Source of the DNA: Octopus sinensis
Taxonomy: Eukaryota
Direction of reading: 5' to 3'
DNA length: 64,000 bases
NCBI RefSeq assembly: GCF_006345805.1
Contig: NC_043005.1
Span: 59,148,001-59,212,000 of the forward strand
Part shown: positions 1 through 11,694 of the stretch, piece after piece
Layout of the letters: each line of letters starts with the position of its first letter
Numbering within the stretch: position 1 is the first letter of the stretch
Notes under the pieces: generated by a model
What the model saw: only the letters and a program-made list of their open reading frames with translations
What the model was told of the DNA's origin: nothing
The model's database searches: none
Position numbers and translations under genes: made by a program

Positions 1-403
1 ACAAGCTACATCTTTGAAAGGATTGTCTCCCTTAAACAAAATACTGCAGCTATGTAGTGTTTACTAAAGCATCTGGATTACCAAATAAACCTGGTGAGTA
101 GAGGATTGCATAACAGAGAGGATTAACATAACAGAGAAATTTCTCTCATCAGCTGCCCATCAGATAACCTCATGATTTTAACATCTTAAGGTATGTTTCT
201 TTACAAAGATATATTTCTTGTAGAACTTGTGAAATACTGTAAAAACTGATGTTGTGTTTGTAGGTGTAACTTAGCAATTTAATAAATAGAGATTGGAACT
301 GATAAGTCGAAAAACCAAGCTGTAGTAAGTACTAACATTGAAGTTGATGAAGATGCCCCAGACTGACATAGACATAGGATTGTCATCAGTAAATTAATAT
401 AAG

Positions 404-1140
404 AACAAGAGCACTCAGAGAGTGCAAACCTCTTCCAAGGCAACTCCAATGTCCTCTCAATGATTAGCTAGAGATTATTTTTTAAAATAGGAATATCTGA
501 AATAAACTGGACTGCTCTCACAAACGAAAATACTAAAAATGAACCCAACCACTCTCAAATGGAAAAATAATCCAAATGTCTATATACTGAGTGAGAAGTG
601 AAGGGAGAGGTGAGGAAACACTGATACAGTGAAGGAGAAGTAGTGAGAGTAATAGCCATGACTGAGAGAGTGTAAGAGAAAATAATGACAATGAGGAAGA
701 CAAAATGAAGTGGCAAAGAGAGTGTTGTATGAATGAGAAAGAAAGGGGTGATAGATGAATAATGAAGGAAAAAGTGAAAAAGTTGATAAATGGCATTTGA
801 AATGTGAGTATATGTATGTGTAAAATATAGGTATGTTTGTGTGTGTGTGTGTGTGTGTGTACAATGGAAATGGGATGGTTATGTTCAATGCTGAAAATGT
901 GTGAGCATGTGTATGTGTGTGTGTGTGTGTACAAGAGAACTATGTGAAACTTTACATATATATGTAAAGTAAAACAAAAATCAGAAAAATAATCCAGAAT
1001 CCTTATATCTAATGAGACTGTGCCAGTCACAAGGCCAAACATCCCTGAAAGTTTCATCCAAATCCATCCAGCGGTTCTTGAGATATCTTGTCCATGGACA
1101 AAACAAACACAACTGAAAATAATACCTCCGCCTTCGCTAA
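404..1140 (+). mobile_element. Helentron/DINE-1-like non-autonomous element, interrupted by a (GT)n-containing segment at about 560-980
   Basis: Begins aacaagagcactcagagagtgcaaacctc and ends aatacctccgccttcgctaa. Homologous to the compact copy at 8064-8428. Confidence 0.6.
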
Positions 1141-2424
1141 CTAGACTGAACAACAAAAGTATGAGGTTTTCTATGTTGCTGTATATAAGTGTACAAACTT
1201 CACTTGCAAACTGAACAAAACGCAAACATTAGAATTGCTACCAAACTTTATAAAGTTTCATTTCTCACTGTGTTTGCGATGAGAACTGTAAAAACTCAAT
1301 TATAGTGAATCAATAGCGCATACATATCCCAAAGGCACAACTTTCAGTCAATTTACTGTCAGAGTTAGTTTAATCAGTTATCAATTTTTGTTTTTCTATA
1401 TTTTCCAAATGTCTAAAATGTGACAAGGCGATCAAAACCTAGTAATTTTCTTGCTCTTGTTATTTTCCCCGCATTTCAACATTATAGAATGGTGGCTTAG
1501 ACATAATTATTACTATTTATTTATTTATTTATTTATTTATTTTTCTGTTTTTTCAAAATATCTGTGTATATGATAACAGAAAAATGTAGGCAGCAATAGT
1601 TACGAGAAGAAAAGTAAACGGGATTACGTTTGCTTACTCAGCACTTGAATATATTTGCAAATAAATCCACTATTCTTATTACCATTAAGCATGTTTCCCT
1701 TTTTCTGGTGTATTTATTTTATAGTAGACTAAGTGAGAAAAACTATTCACATCTTTCTTTCTTTCTTTCTGTCTGTCTTTCCCTCTTTCTCTTTCTCTTT
1801 CTCTTACTCTTTCTCTCACTTGTCTGGGTAAATTATCGGAAATAAAAATTATTTTATGCAGCTAAATGTAGAATTACTTTTAGGCCTGTTAGCTATATGA
1901 ATCCCATTAATTTCCTGAAAAACTAAATACTGTACACAGTGTTCTCTCAAGCTTATATGTATGGTATATGGTAAAATCCAAGGAAGAGAAAAAGAGGAAG
2001 GAAGAGAATTAGGGGTTGAGTGAGAGGAAGACCAACTATAATTGCCATGTATTGGAGAAAGTAACTATTTTTTATGGAATGGTTGAATGAAGATCATATA
2101 AATCATATGATAAATGTCAGAAAAGAAATAATGATTCTTGTGGATTTGGTGCTTGTAGTGCTAAGGAGAAAAGTGGATTGTAAAAACAAAGCGACTTAGA
2201 AACTCTATGTAAGCAATCAGGATTTCTAAAAGAAAATTCTTATATAATTATGTAATTTTTGGTTTATTTTCTGGATTTCTTTTCATGGAAGATTTTTAAA
2301 ACTTACTTTGCAAATGTCAGTTTGTCTGATGTTGGGGAATATGAACAGCATGAAAGATAAGGGTGAGAGAAAGAAAGAGAGAAAGAATGATTTAAAGAAA
2401 TATAAAAAAATCCTGTGCGGTATA

Positions 2425-2830
2425 CGCAGGACTGGCTGTGTGGTAAGTAGCTTACTAACCAACCACATGGTTCCGGGTTCAGTCCCACTGCATGGCATCT
2501 TGGGTAAGTGTCTTCTTCTATAGCCCCGGGCCGACCAATGCATTGTGAGTGGAATTGGTAGACAGAAACTGAAAGAAGCCTGTCGTATATATGTATATAT
2601 ATGTGTGTGTCTGTGTGTCTGTGTTTGTCCCCTTAGCATTGCTTGACAACCGATGCTGGTGTGTTTACGTCCCCGTCACTTAGCGGTTTGGCAAAATAGA
2701 CCGATAGAATAAGTACTGGGCTTACAAAGAATAAGTCCCAGGGTCGATTTGCTCGACTAAAGGCAGTGCTCCAGCATGGCCGCAGTCAAATGACTGAAAC
2801 AAGTAAAAGATTAAAAGAGTAAAGAGTAAG
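2425..2830 (+). mobile_element. tRNA-derived SINE family A, full length
   Basis: A-box-like tggctgtgtggtaag, B-box-like gggttcagtccc, an internal (TA)/(TG) tract and an (aaagagt)n tail. About 14 copies in the window. Confidence 0.9.
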
Positions 2831-2954
2831 AGTATTAGGTTAATACAGTTGTGTAGTAGATTACAAGTGCTAGTATTCATATATAACTCATGTGCATGCT
2901 TTGCTGCTACTTGAAAGCATTTTTATCTGTTTATATATTATAGAATTTTATAGA

Positions 2955-3131
2955 CACAGGCATGGCTTTGTGGTAAGAAGTTTGCTTCTGAACCTCATGG
3001 TTCCAGGCTTAGTCCTACTGTGTAGCACCTTGGAGAAGTGTGTTTTACTATAGCCTCAGGCTGACATTTCTTTCCACTGCCTAAGTGTCCTATGTGTGTA
3101 TATATATATATCTATATATATATATATTATA

Positions 3132-3188
<57 letters not shown>

Positions 3189-3312
3189 TTAGGGAGTATG
3201 GCTCCAAACTTACAGGGAAAAATTAGAATTAGGTTTAAATCAAATTTCACAGTATAAATTTATAAAATATGAATATATACATACATATATATGTACAAGC
3301 ACACACACATTT

Positions 3313-3397
<85 letters not shown>

Positions 3398-3630
3398 TGT
3401 GTGTGTCTTTGAGTTTGTGTTTGTCTTCCACCACCACTTGACAGCCAGTGTTGGTGTGTTGTTTATGTCTCTACAACTGAGCAGTTTGGCAAAAAGAGAC
3501 TGATAGAAAAAAATACCAGGCATAAAAATAAAAGTAAGTACTTAGATCAGTTTGTTTCACTAAACTTCTTCATGCTGGTGCCCCAGCATGGCCAAAGTCC
3601 AATGACTGAAACAAGTAAAAGATTAAAGAT
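2955..3630 (+). mobile_element. SINE A split at its internal microsatellite
   Basis: The 5' half (2955-3075) and 3' half (3395-3630) are separated by (TA)n, (TAA)n and (CA)n tracts plus about 90 bp of unrelated sequence. Confidence 0.75.
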
Positions 3631-4073
3631 AAATTATAGCCAATAATTAAATTGAGAGAAACACAGACAATTAAATTTAATCAACTTGATGAATACATGT
3701 ATGATTTTAATTTATTGATCCTGGATAAATGAAGGTAAAAATAAAGCACACATGTGACTTTTTTCTGTTTCTTTTCTTTTTTTTGCACATACAGACACGT
3801 ATGACTGCAGCTTATGCATGTTTTGAAGGAATTTAAGGTGAGAGAACTAGCATTAGATACCTGCTCTATGGTAGGAGCTTTAGTCTGTTGCAGGGTTGAA
3901 AATGAGTACTAGTGCTGCTGGAGTAGTGTGAAATGAAGTGTCTTGTTCAAAGACACACTCTGCCACTTGATCCAAGAATCAAACCCATGACCTTATAATC
4001 ATAATCTGAATGCCTCAATCCCTAAACCATGTGCTGTCACAAAAACAGATACTCAACAGCAGTGAAATAAACG

Positions 4074-4105
<32 letters not shown>

Positions 4106-4123
4106 TTATATATATATTATATA

Positions 4124-4344
4124 GAGGGCATTTCTACACATAAATGCCACATGCTAGGAGGGATTCTTAAAGTCAAAACTACTAAACTAAATAAACATAT
4201 CGTACCAAATGCAACTCTCGAAGCAAGTCATTTAAAAACAGAATTTAGCTGCAGATCATGGTGATTTCGTAATCAGTACAGTGGTGATTTGATGCTTTTT
4301 TCCAAGGAAAAATGCGTGTAGCATTTATGTGTAGTAATGTCCTC
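4124..4344. mobile_element. MITE with 31-bp TIRs inserted in (TA)n
   Basis: gagggcatttctacacataaatgccacatgc (4124-4154) is the imperfect reverse complement of gcgtgtagcatttatgtgtagtaatgtcctc (4314-4344). TA flanks both ends. Confidence 0.85.
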
Positions 4345-4566
4345 TATATAATATAAATAAATATATTTAAGTAAAAAAATTGGTAGATTTTTTCTCTTAT
4401 GAGGTTTTTCACGCTGACTACTTGATAAATTCTTATAAAGATTTTATCCTATTTTTAAATTGTATGTATATATATATGATATTAATTAGAGACAAAACCA
4501 CTATTTTGTAAATCAAACAAGGAAAGACTTAATCAATACATAAAAAAAATTTAATATAAAGTAAAT

Positions 4567-4620
4567 AAATCGCCACTACAATTGTTTCCTGTCTTCAAAT
4601 GACATTCATCAGGTGGATTT
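4567..4620 (-). ncRNA. Type I hammerhead ribozyme, minimal Penelope-type, core intact
   Basis: - strand reads aaatccac-CTGATGA-a-tgtc-atttgaa-gaca-g-GAAA-caattg-TA-gtggcgattt. Helix I is ccac/gtgg plus aaat/attt after a 2-nt bulge. Helix II is tgtc/gaca. Helix III is the palindrome ACAATTGT. Cleavage triplet is GUA. Confidence 0.8.
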
Positions 4621-4802
4621 CATATCTAAAAATATCAATTTTTTTAAAAATAAATTTAAAATGGCTAAAACTATAAATAATATAAATTTATCAATGAAAA
4701 AATATAAAAATATATAATCTTTATATATAATCTATATATAATCAATATATAATCAAGAACTAAAATAACCTCTCTATATATATATATAATATATATATAT
4801 TT

Positions 4803-5012
4803 CAGTGTGTGACCTCGTGAAGACCACTTGCAATTTTTTTTTTTCCCTCTGTCCTCTCACCTCGGGATCTTTCTTTCTCCTATGTTTCCAACGAAGAGCT
4901 CCGCTTGAAACGTCATACCCTCCTTCTTCCTTCTTTCCTGAGCGTCCAATAATACTTTATTTGTTCCACGTCCTCGCGTTGTTGTCTTTTTGTTTTCTTG
5001 TTGGGTTAACTT
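4803..5012 (+). mobile_element. About 210-bp Penelope-like non-coding element with a decayed hammerhead at 4884-4918
   Basis: gttt-CCAACGA-a-gagc-tcc-gctt-GAAA-cg-TC-atac. Flanked by (TA)n. A second copy lies in opposite orientation at 47772-47983. Confidence 0.7.
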
Positions 5013-5023
5013 TATATATATAT

Positions 5024-5073
<50 letters not shown>

Positions 5074-5078
5074 CATAT

Positions 5079-5118
<40 letters not shown>

Positions 5119-6080
5119 GGAGAGAGAGATTGTACAGGATATGCATTTTCTCCTACCAGATGTTTTGCTACTATAGAAAGTAGCAAACTCAAATTTTTAC
5201 CACTATTTGCTTTTTGCTGCCTTCATTGGGACCCTTTTTTTGTCTCTGGTAGCAGGAGGTCGGATTTGAAATCAGAGCTTGCCCAATTCCAGTACAGATA
5301 CTGCAATGGTTCCCATCCAATGTTCTAACAATTTTGACAATCCACACCTCTGAAAGTTTACTTCATTTATCCAGTCCGAAAGGATAAAAGACAAAGTTGA
5401 CATCAGTGAAATTTGAATTCAGAGGGCAGATCCAGAACAGATATTACAAGACATCCTATCCAGTGCTCTAATGACTTGACTTATTCGTTATCTTAAATAC
5501 TGTAAAGATATTTGTTTAGCATTCTACCATTCTTCCTCACCTACTCTTCTTTTGCTATAAAATATTATTACATTGTTGTTGTTGTTGCTCTTGTTGTGTA
5601 GCCTCAGGTTACACAGATTCAGACAGTAAATTGCTTACTCATATTACTTTAATGAATATAGTTCATCGAAAAACAGATGCTAATTATTGATACTCAGATA
5701 ATGGATGCACTCTTCATTACTTGAACAGTAGCAGGTTAGATTAACCCCATACATACTTCATTGATGACCCATTCTGCCATGACAAATATCTTTTGAGAAG
5801 GGAGCAGGGAACTTAGGGACCATATGGTTCACAACTGTAAACATTATAGTTTATTGGTCCACAGTGTTCAGTGAAATTCTTCAAGTATATTTTTTCTTTT
5901 ACTCTCTCTTTATTTTAGTCATTGGAATGTGGCGGTGCTGGGGCACCACCTTTCAGTAGATTGCATCAACCTGACACTGCACTTACTGTATTTTTTGGCC
6001 TACAAGTTGAAATTTTCAGACCGAAATTTACAGCCAAAAAATGGTAGATTGACTTATACACCAAAATTACTTTGGAGCAG

Positions 6081-6513
6081 GGTGGTGAGCTGGCAGAAAC
6101 GTTAGCATGCCAGGCGAAATGCTTAGCAGTTTTTCGTGTCTTTACATTCTGAATTCAAATTCCGCCGAGGTCGACTTTGCCTTTCATCCTTTCGGAGTCG
6201 ATAAACACAGAGGGGACAAACAAGGACAGACATAGGTATTAAGTCGATTACATCGACCCCAGTGCGTAACTGGTACTTAATTCATCGACCCCGAAAGGAT
6301 GAAAGGCAAAGTCGACCTCGGCGGAATTTGAACTCAGAACGTAATGACAGACGAAATACGGCTACGCATTTCACCCGGCGTGCTAACATATCTGCCAGCT
6401 CAATAAATTAAGTACCAGTTACACACTGGGGTCGATATAATCGACTTAATCCCTTTGTCCATCCTTGTTTGTCCCCTCTATGTTTAGCCCCTGGTGGGCA
6501 ATAAAGAAATAAG
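6081..6513 (+). mobile_element. tRNA-derived SINE family B with an inverted SINE B nested inside
   Basis: The + copy covers 6081-6205 and 6403-6513, with a - copy at 6206-6402. ataaa is repeated at both junctions. Confidence 0.9.
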
Positions 6514-6629
6514 ATAACTTTGGAGGATTAAAAATTCCATGTGAAATGCAGCATATAGTGATGGTGTTTGAATGCTTATCCTACATATTTACATTATATG
6601 TTATGTCAACTTGTATGCTGGAAAATATG

Positions 6630-6900
6630 GTATTTTTAAGTCCCATACTTATTTAAACATGAAGTTGCATGACCTAGTGGGTAGGGTTTCCTCACACATG
6701 ATTGTAAAATTGTAGTTTTGATTCCTGGATTGGATGATGTATTGTGTTCATGACCAAAACGCTTCATTTCATGTTGCTCCAGTCCATGTAGCTGGCAAAA
6801 AGGAATAAGTCTGTGAGGGACTAGCATCCCATCCAGGTGGAGAATATATATGCCATAGAACTTTGGAGACCAGCCTATGGCACAGGAACTGTGATCCTTG
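6630..6900 (-). mobile_element. tRNA-derived SINE family C, diverged
   Basis: Reverse complement of the head and tail seen at 31646-31907 and 42035-42255. Confidence 0.7.
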
Positions 6901-7439
6901 TATTGGCTTGTTTAAGAAACCTCTATTTGTGTCACTGCTAAGTGAAATATAGATACAGGCATTCTTTTTTCAAGCAGTGACATTGTAAAGGCAGGCACCG
7001 AGACATGCATATTTGGTTTTTTTTCTGCACACAGAAAAAAACCCCAAAAAAACAAGAATCTGTTTTGTGTTCATTGCTTGTCATCCTACTCAAGAAAATA
7101 CTTTTATTTCTAGTCTGGTCAAAGCTACATGAAATAGTAACGAATGTTTGCCATATGATAAATCTTAAGAAGGTTGGGAAAAATTAAAAAGATGCAAAGA
7201 GTAGCTAGCCTAGCTACTATAGTAGGTCACAGTTTGGAAACCTTCCTTCTGCTGTAAACAAATAACAACTGGATAAGAAGGAAAGTAATAAATCAATAGC
7301 CATCTCACATTTATGCATCTGTTTTAAGACAAACTCAACTTTCGAATTAAGCACTGATCTTATTGCCTGGCTTAAATTAATAAATGTGATTTGGTTATTG
7401 GTGCTGTAGCAGAAAGAAGAAGAACATGATGGTAATGAT

Positions 7440-7690
7440 GGTAGTGCTGGTAGGGTGGTGGTGGTGGTGGTGGTGGGATTGTGGTGGTAGTGGTGACGAT
7501 GATGATGGCAGTGATAGAGAAGGAGAAAAGATGGGGGAGGAGGAGGAGGAAGAAGAAGAAGAGAGTAGAAAGAGGAGAAGGAGGAGGAGAAGAAAAAGAA
7601 AAGAGTAGTAGTAGTAGGAGGAGGAGAAGAAAAAGGAGGAGGAGGAGGAGAAGAAGAAGAAGAAGAAGAAAGAAGAAGAAGAAGAAATAG
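7440..7690. repeat. Purine-rich compound triplet repeat (GGT/GAT/GGA/GAA)
   Basis: Read directly. It explains the spurious poly-E/R/L ORFs at 7372-7800. Confidence 0.95.
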
Positions 7691-8063
7691 GACATGGTGT
7701 CAGTAGAAGTGAGAAAGAGCCATTTGCACAAAGAGTGAGGGGAAGGAAGAGTACATATCTTGAAAAGGCTAGCAAAAATAATTACTATTTGTTGTAACAT
7801 TGTTTTGATTTAGCCGTGCATTTTCTTGTAGCTTTAGACTTTCAATGATGCGAGTGATAATTTTTTGAATAACATTGTAGGATAAGTGTAACAGGCTAAA
7901 CCTGGCCAGTTTGAACATAAAACATGTAGCATATTTTTGCTAGAAAAAGCCAGTTTAAATGCTAAAGGGTCAAACATGGAATTGTTACTGTTGGAATATG
8001 CCTTTGGTCACAGATTTGTTCAGTTGTCGCTAGTCAGGAATTGGAAAAGATGACAACAATAAC

Positions 8064-8428
8064 AACAAGAGCACTCAGATAGCACAAACCTCCGCCAAGG
8101 CAACACCAATGTCCTCTCAACGATTAGCCAGAGATGATTTTCAAAATGAAAATATCTGAAATAAACTCAACTGCTCCCACAAATGAGAATACTAAAAATA
8201 AACCTTGATTGCTCTCAAAAGTTAAGTAAAAAAGAACAAGAAAAATAATCCTGAATCCTTGTCCGGTACTGGATTGATCCCATAATGTAATCAGTTCAGG
8301 CCAGTCACAAGGCCAAACATCCCTGAAAGTTTCATCCAAATTCATCCAGCACTTCTTGAGATATTTTATCTGCAGACAAACAAATATGATTGAAAACAAT
8401 ATCTCTGCCTTTGCTAAAGTGGAGGCAA
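8064..8428 (+). mobile_element. Helentron/DINE-1-like non-autonomous element
   Basis: Subterminal aaacctccgccaagg near the 5' end and a 3' hairpin tctctgcctttgctaaagtggaggcaa. Homologous to 404-1140. The class assignment is from architecture only. Confidence 0.6.
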
Positions 8429-8534
8429 TAGAAAGACCAATGCTTTTGAAAAAAAAAAATGAATGATGACTATAGCCAGCAAAATGAAACAAAGCTAATT
8501 ACATATGTGCTACAATAAAAAAGTTTCTTCTTCA

Positions 8535-9265
8535 GTTCCACTGCATGGCATCATGGACACGTGTCTTCTACTATAGCCTTGGGCCAACCAAAGCCTTGTG
8601 AGTGAATTTGGTAAATAGCAACTGTACATACTTACATGTATACATATATATATATGTGCATATGTGGGCATAGGATGTCATGAAACGTATACAACAAAAA
8701 GTATGAAGCAAAATTACATGGAGCATGAACTATTCTTTCAAACAACAGAAGACAAAAATGGAAAACAAAACAAACATAAAGAACAACCCTTCATCAGTTA
8801 TTGGTTGTTTTTCTAGTTTCATATTTCAAGCATTTAACAACAATATACGCTTTCGATAAAACAGTTGCTCCCACAAAGCAAATTAAGTAAAATTTGGGAT
8901 TTTGCAGCGGGTCAAAATAAGTAACACAAACAGGACATTGAAAACAAACAGGAGAGGCTGCTAAGCCTAAACAAGGTTGTGGTGGCGTACGCATAAATCA
9001 AGCTAGGACAGGAGACAAACAAGAACGTGTCTTCCTTGTTCCAGCTACAATGGAAAGATAGAAAGAAAGATGGCTGATGGTCACGTGGGAGCTACATGAG
9101 CAAGGGAGGAGATATATATATATATATATATATATATTTACGTATGTGTATCTGCGTTTGTCCTTCCACCATTGCTTGATAAACAATGCTGGTGTGTTTA
9201 TGTCCCTGTTACTTAGCGGTTCGGCAAAAGAGCCCGACAGTATAAGTAATAGACTTACAAAGCAT
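8535..9265 (+). mobile_element. SINE A split by an unclassified insertion of about 450 bp in its TA tract
   Basis: 5' portion 8535-8620, insertion about 8665-9112, 3' portion 9130-9265. Confidence 0.7.
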
Positions 9266-10271
9266 GAGTCCTTCATCAGCACAGAAGAGAAATAACCCAG
9301 AAACCATTGGTGCATAGATATTGCTTTAGAACTGAGTGGAGACACTATTTTCCCTTGTTTGAAAATATAAGGATGTAGATAGTGCATTGAAAGCCAGCTG
9401 GAGACGATTTTTCCTGGGGCTAAACAGCTGTAACATTTGTCCTAACCAGGATTGCCACATTATGATGGCAAATAATCATTATCTAGAATAATGTTACTGA
9501 ATGTTTCTCATTCAGAGATTTAAAAATAACGTTTTTTTTTTATTTATAACTATATTGTTTTCTAGAAATTAGCAATTTTCATAAAATTAAAAATAAAAAT
9601 AACTCTAAAATCACTTTCGCCTTGTGGCATTTCTTTCACACGGTGTTCTTCCTACACTATTTTAGGTCATTAGTCTGTTTCCTTAAATACTACAAAAGTG
9701 AAGGTACGTAACCCTAGTTGCTATGCTGTGTGGTTTATGACCATAAGTTCTTGAGTTCAATTTCTAGACTGGGCTACATGTAATGTCCTTGAACAAAGCA
9801 GTTTATTTTATGTAGCTTTAGTGTAATCAGCAGTAAATATATTTCAGCCAAGTGCGCATGCTGGTCTCTCTTTTTCTCTCTCTCTCTCTCTCTCCAGCAG
9901 TTACATCATCAATGCTTAGTTGGGTTAAGAGCAGAGTTACCATGGAGTTGTCTTTGATTACATTTGACTATACAAGCATCTAAAACATGTAGCAAAAGTG
10001 CGGTACATGCTACCAAGTCATATCTGCTATGATTGGTTGTTTAACAGCTACAAATAATTCAGGGTGGGTATATAGGTAAGCAGCTAAATACATTTTGATA
10101 AATACATCATGGCTGCATGGATGAACAAGTTTCTTTTGCAATCCTAAGGGACAAATGTCGTTTATCATAGCCTCTGGTTAACCTATGTATTGTGAGTAAA
10201 AGTAGGTTCACAAACACATATATCATCATCATCTCTATCATCATCGTCATAACCATCATCATCATCATCAT

Positions 10272-10652
10272 CATTTAGCATCCGTTTTCCATTCTGGCAA
10301 GGGTTAGACAGTTTGATTGGGGCTGGTAAGCTAGAGAGCTGTATCAGGCTCCAGGTTCATTTGGCTTGGTTTCTCCAACTGGATGCCCTTCCTAACGCCA
10401 ACCATTCCAAGAGTTTAGTGGGTGCCTTTCATGTCTCACTGGCATGGGTGCCTTTTACGTGTCACCGATACAGGTGACTTTTACATATCACCAACACTGG
10501 CCACAATGATAATTTCACTCGACTTGACATGCCTTCTCAAGCACAGCAAATCACCAATGGTCTTGATCACCTGTCATCGCCACTGTGAGACCCAACATCC
10601 GAAGATCAAGCTTCACCACCTCATCCCATGTCTTCCACATGTTCCCTCCCCA
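10272..10652 (-). mobile_element. RTE-clade LINE 3' end
   Basis: - strand translates as WKTWDEVVKLDLRMLGLTVAMTGDQDHW, an RTE C-terminus, followed by the family 3' UTR and a (GAT)n tail. Confidence 0.8.
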
Positions 10653-10911
10653 GTTAGAGATCAGCACTTCTTTATGCATACAATACAATATAATAGTATA
10701 TAACATAATATAAATATAAAGCCGGTGCAAAACCTGTGAAAGTGATATTACTGGTACAAAGCCCAGAAAGGCAGAAGGTAACAAAAGAAAGAAGACAAAG
10801 TTGTAAGCACATACAATATACATACACTCCTCCTTAAACAATTATCTCTCTTTGTATGTATGTATATATCTATCTAACTCTCTCTGTCCATCTTTCTTCT
10901 TTCGTTATTGC

Positions 10912-11312
10912 CCACAAGGGACTAAACATAGGGGGGACAAACAAGGACAGACAAAGGGATTAAGTCGATTACATCGACCCCAGTGCATAACTGGTACTTA
11001 ATTTATCGACCCCGAAAGGATGAAAGGCAAAGTCGACTTCGGTGGAATTTGAACTCAGAACGTAACGGCAGATGAATACCTATTTCTTTACTACCCACAA
11101 GGGGCTAAACACAGAGAGGACAAACAAGGACAGAAAAACGGTTTAAGTCGATTATATCGACCCTGGTGTGTAAATGGTACTTAATTTATCGACCCTGAAA
11201 GGATGAACGGCATAGTCAACTTCAGCAGAATTTGAACTCAGAACATAACAGCAGACAAAATACCGCTAAGCATTTCGCCTGTTGTGCTAACGCTTCTGCC
11301 AGCTCACCACCT
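10912..11312 (-). mobile_element. SINE B tandem form (full unit plus 5'-truncated unit)
   Basis: Internal junction aatacctatttc at about 11075-11086. Confidence 0.9.
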
Positions 11313-11694
11313 TTCTTTCTTTCTTTTTTCTCTCCTCCTTCCTTTCTTTCTTTCTTTTTTCTCTCTTCCTTCCTTTCTTTCTCCCCCCCTTCTGTATATG
11401 CAAAGCTGATGTACATGAAGTACAATTGTTGCTAGAAATAGTGCTTTATTCTTACTGGATAGCAATATCATTTTAATAATATTATATTTCTTTTGTCTGT
11501 TTTTACATTCTGAGTTCAAATCTGCTGAGGTCAACTTTGCCTTTCATTCTTTTGGGGTCGATAAAGTACCAGTTGTGTACTAGGGTCAATCTAATTGACT
11601 GGCCCCCTTCCCCCAAATTTCGGGTCCTGTGCCTTGACTAGAAAAGAATATTTATATTTCTTGTATATGTATATATGTATATCTAAATGTATGT

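Noticed and set aside
2425-2500. tRNA-like A and B boxes as real tRNA genes
   Set aside because: They continue into SINE bodies in many diverged copies and do not form a complete cloverleaf.
8785-8800. CTGATGA on the - strand (also a + strand instance near 51085) as hammerheads
   Set aside because: No GAAA at a distance compatible with helix II, and no helix III or helix I.
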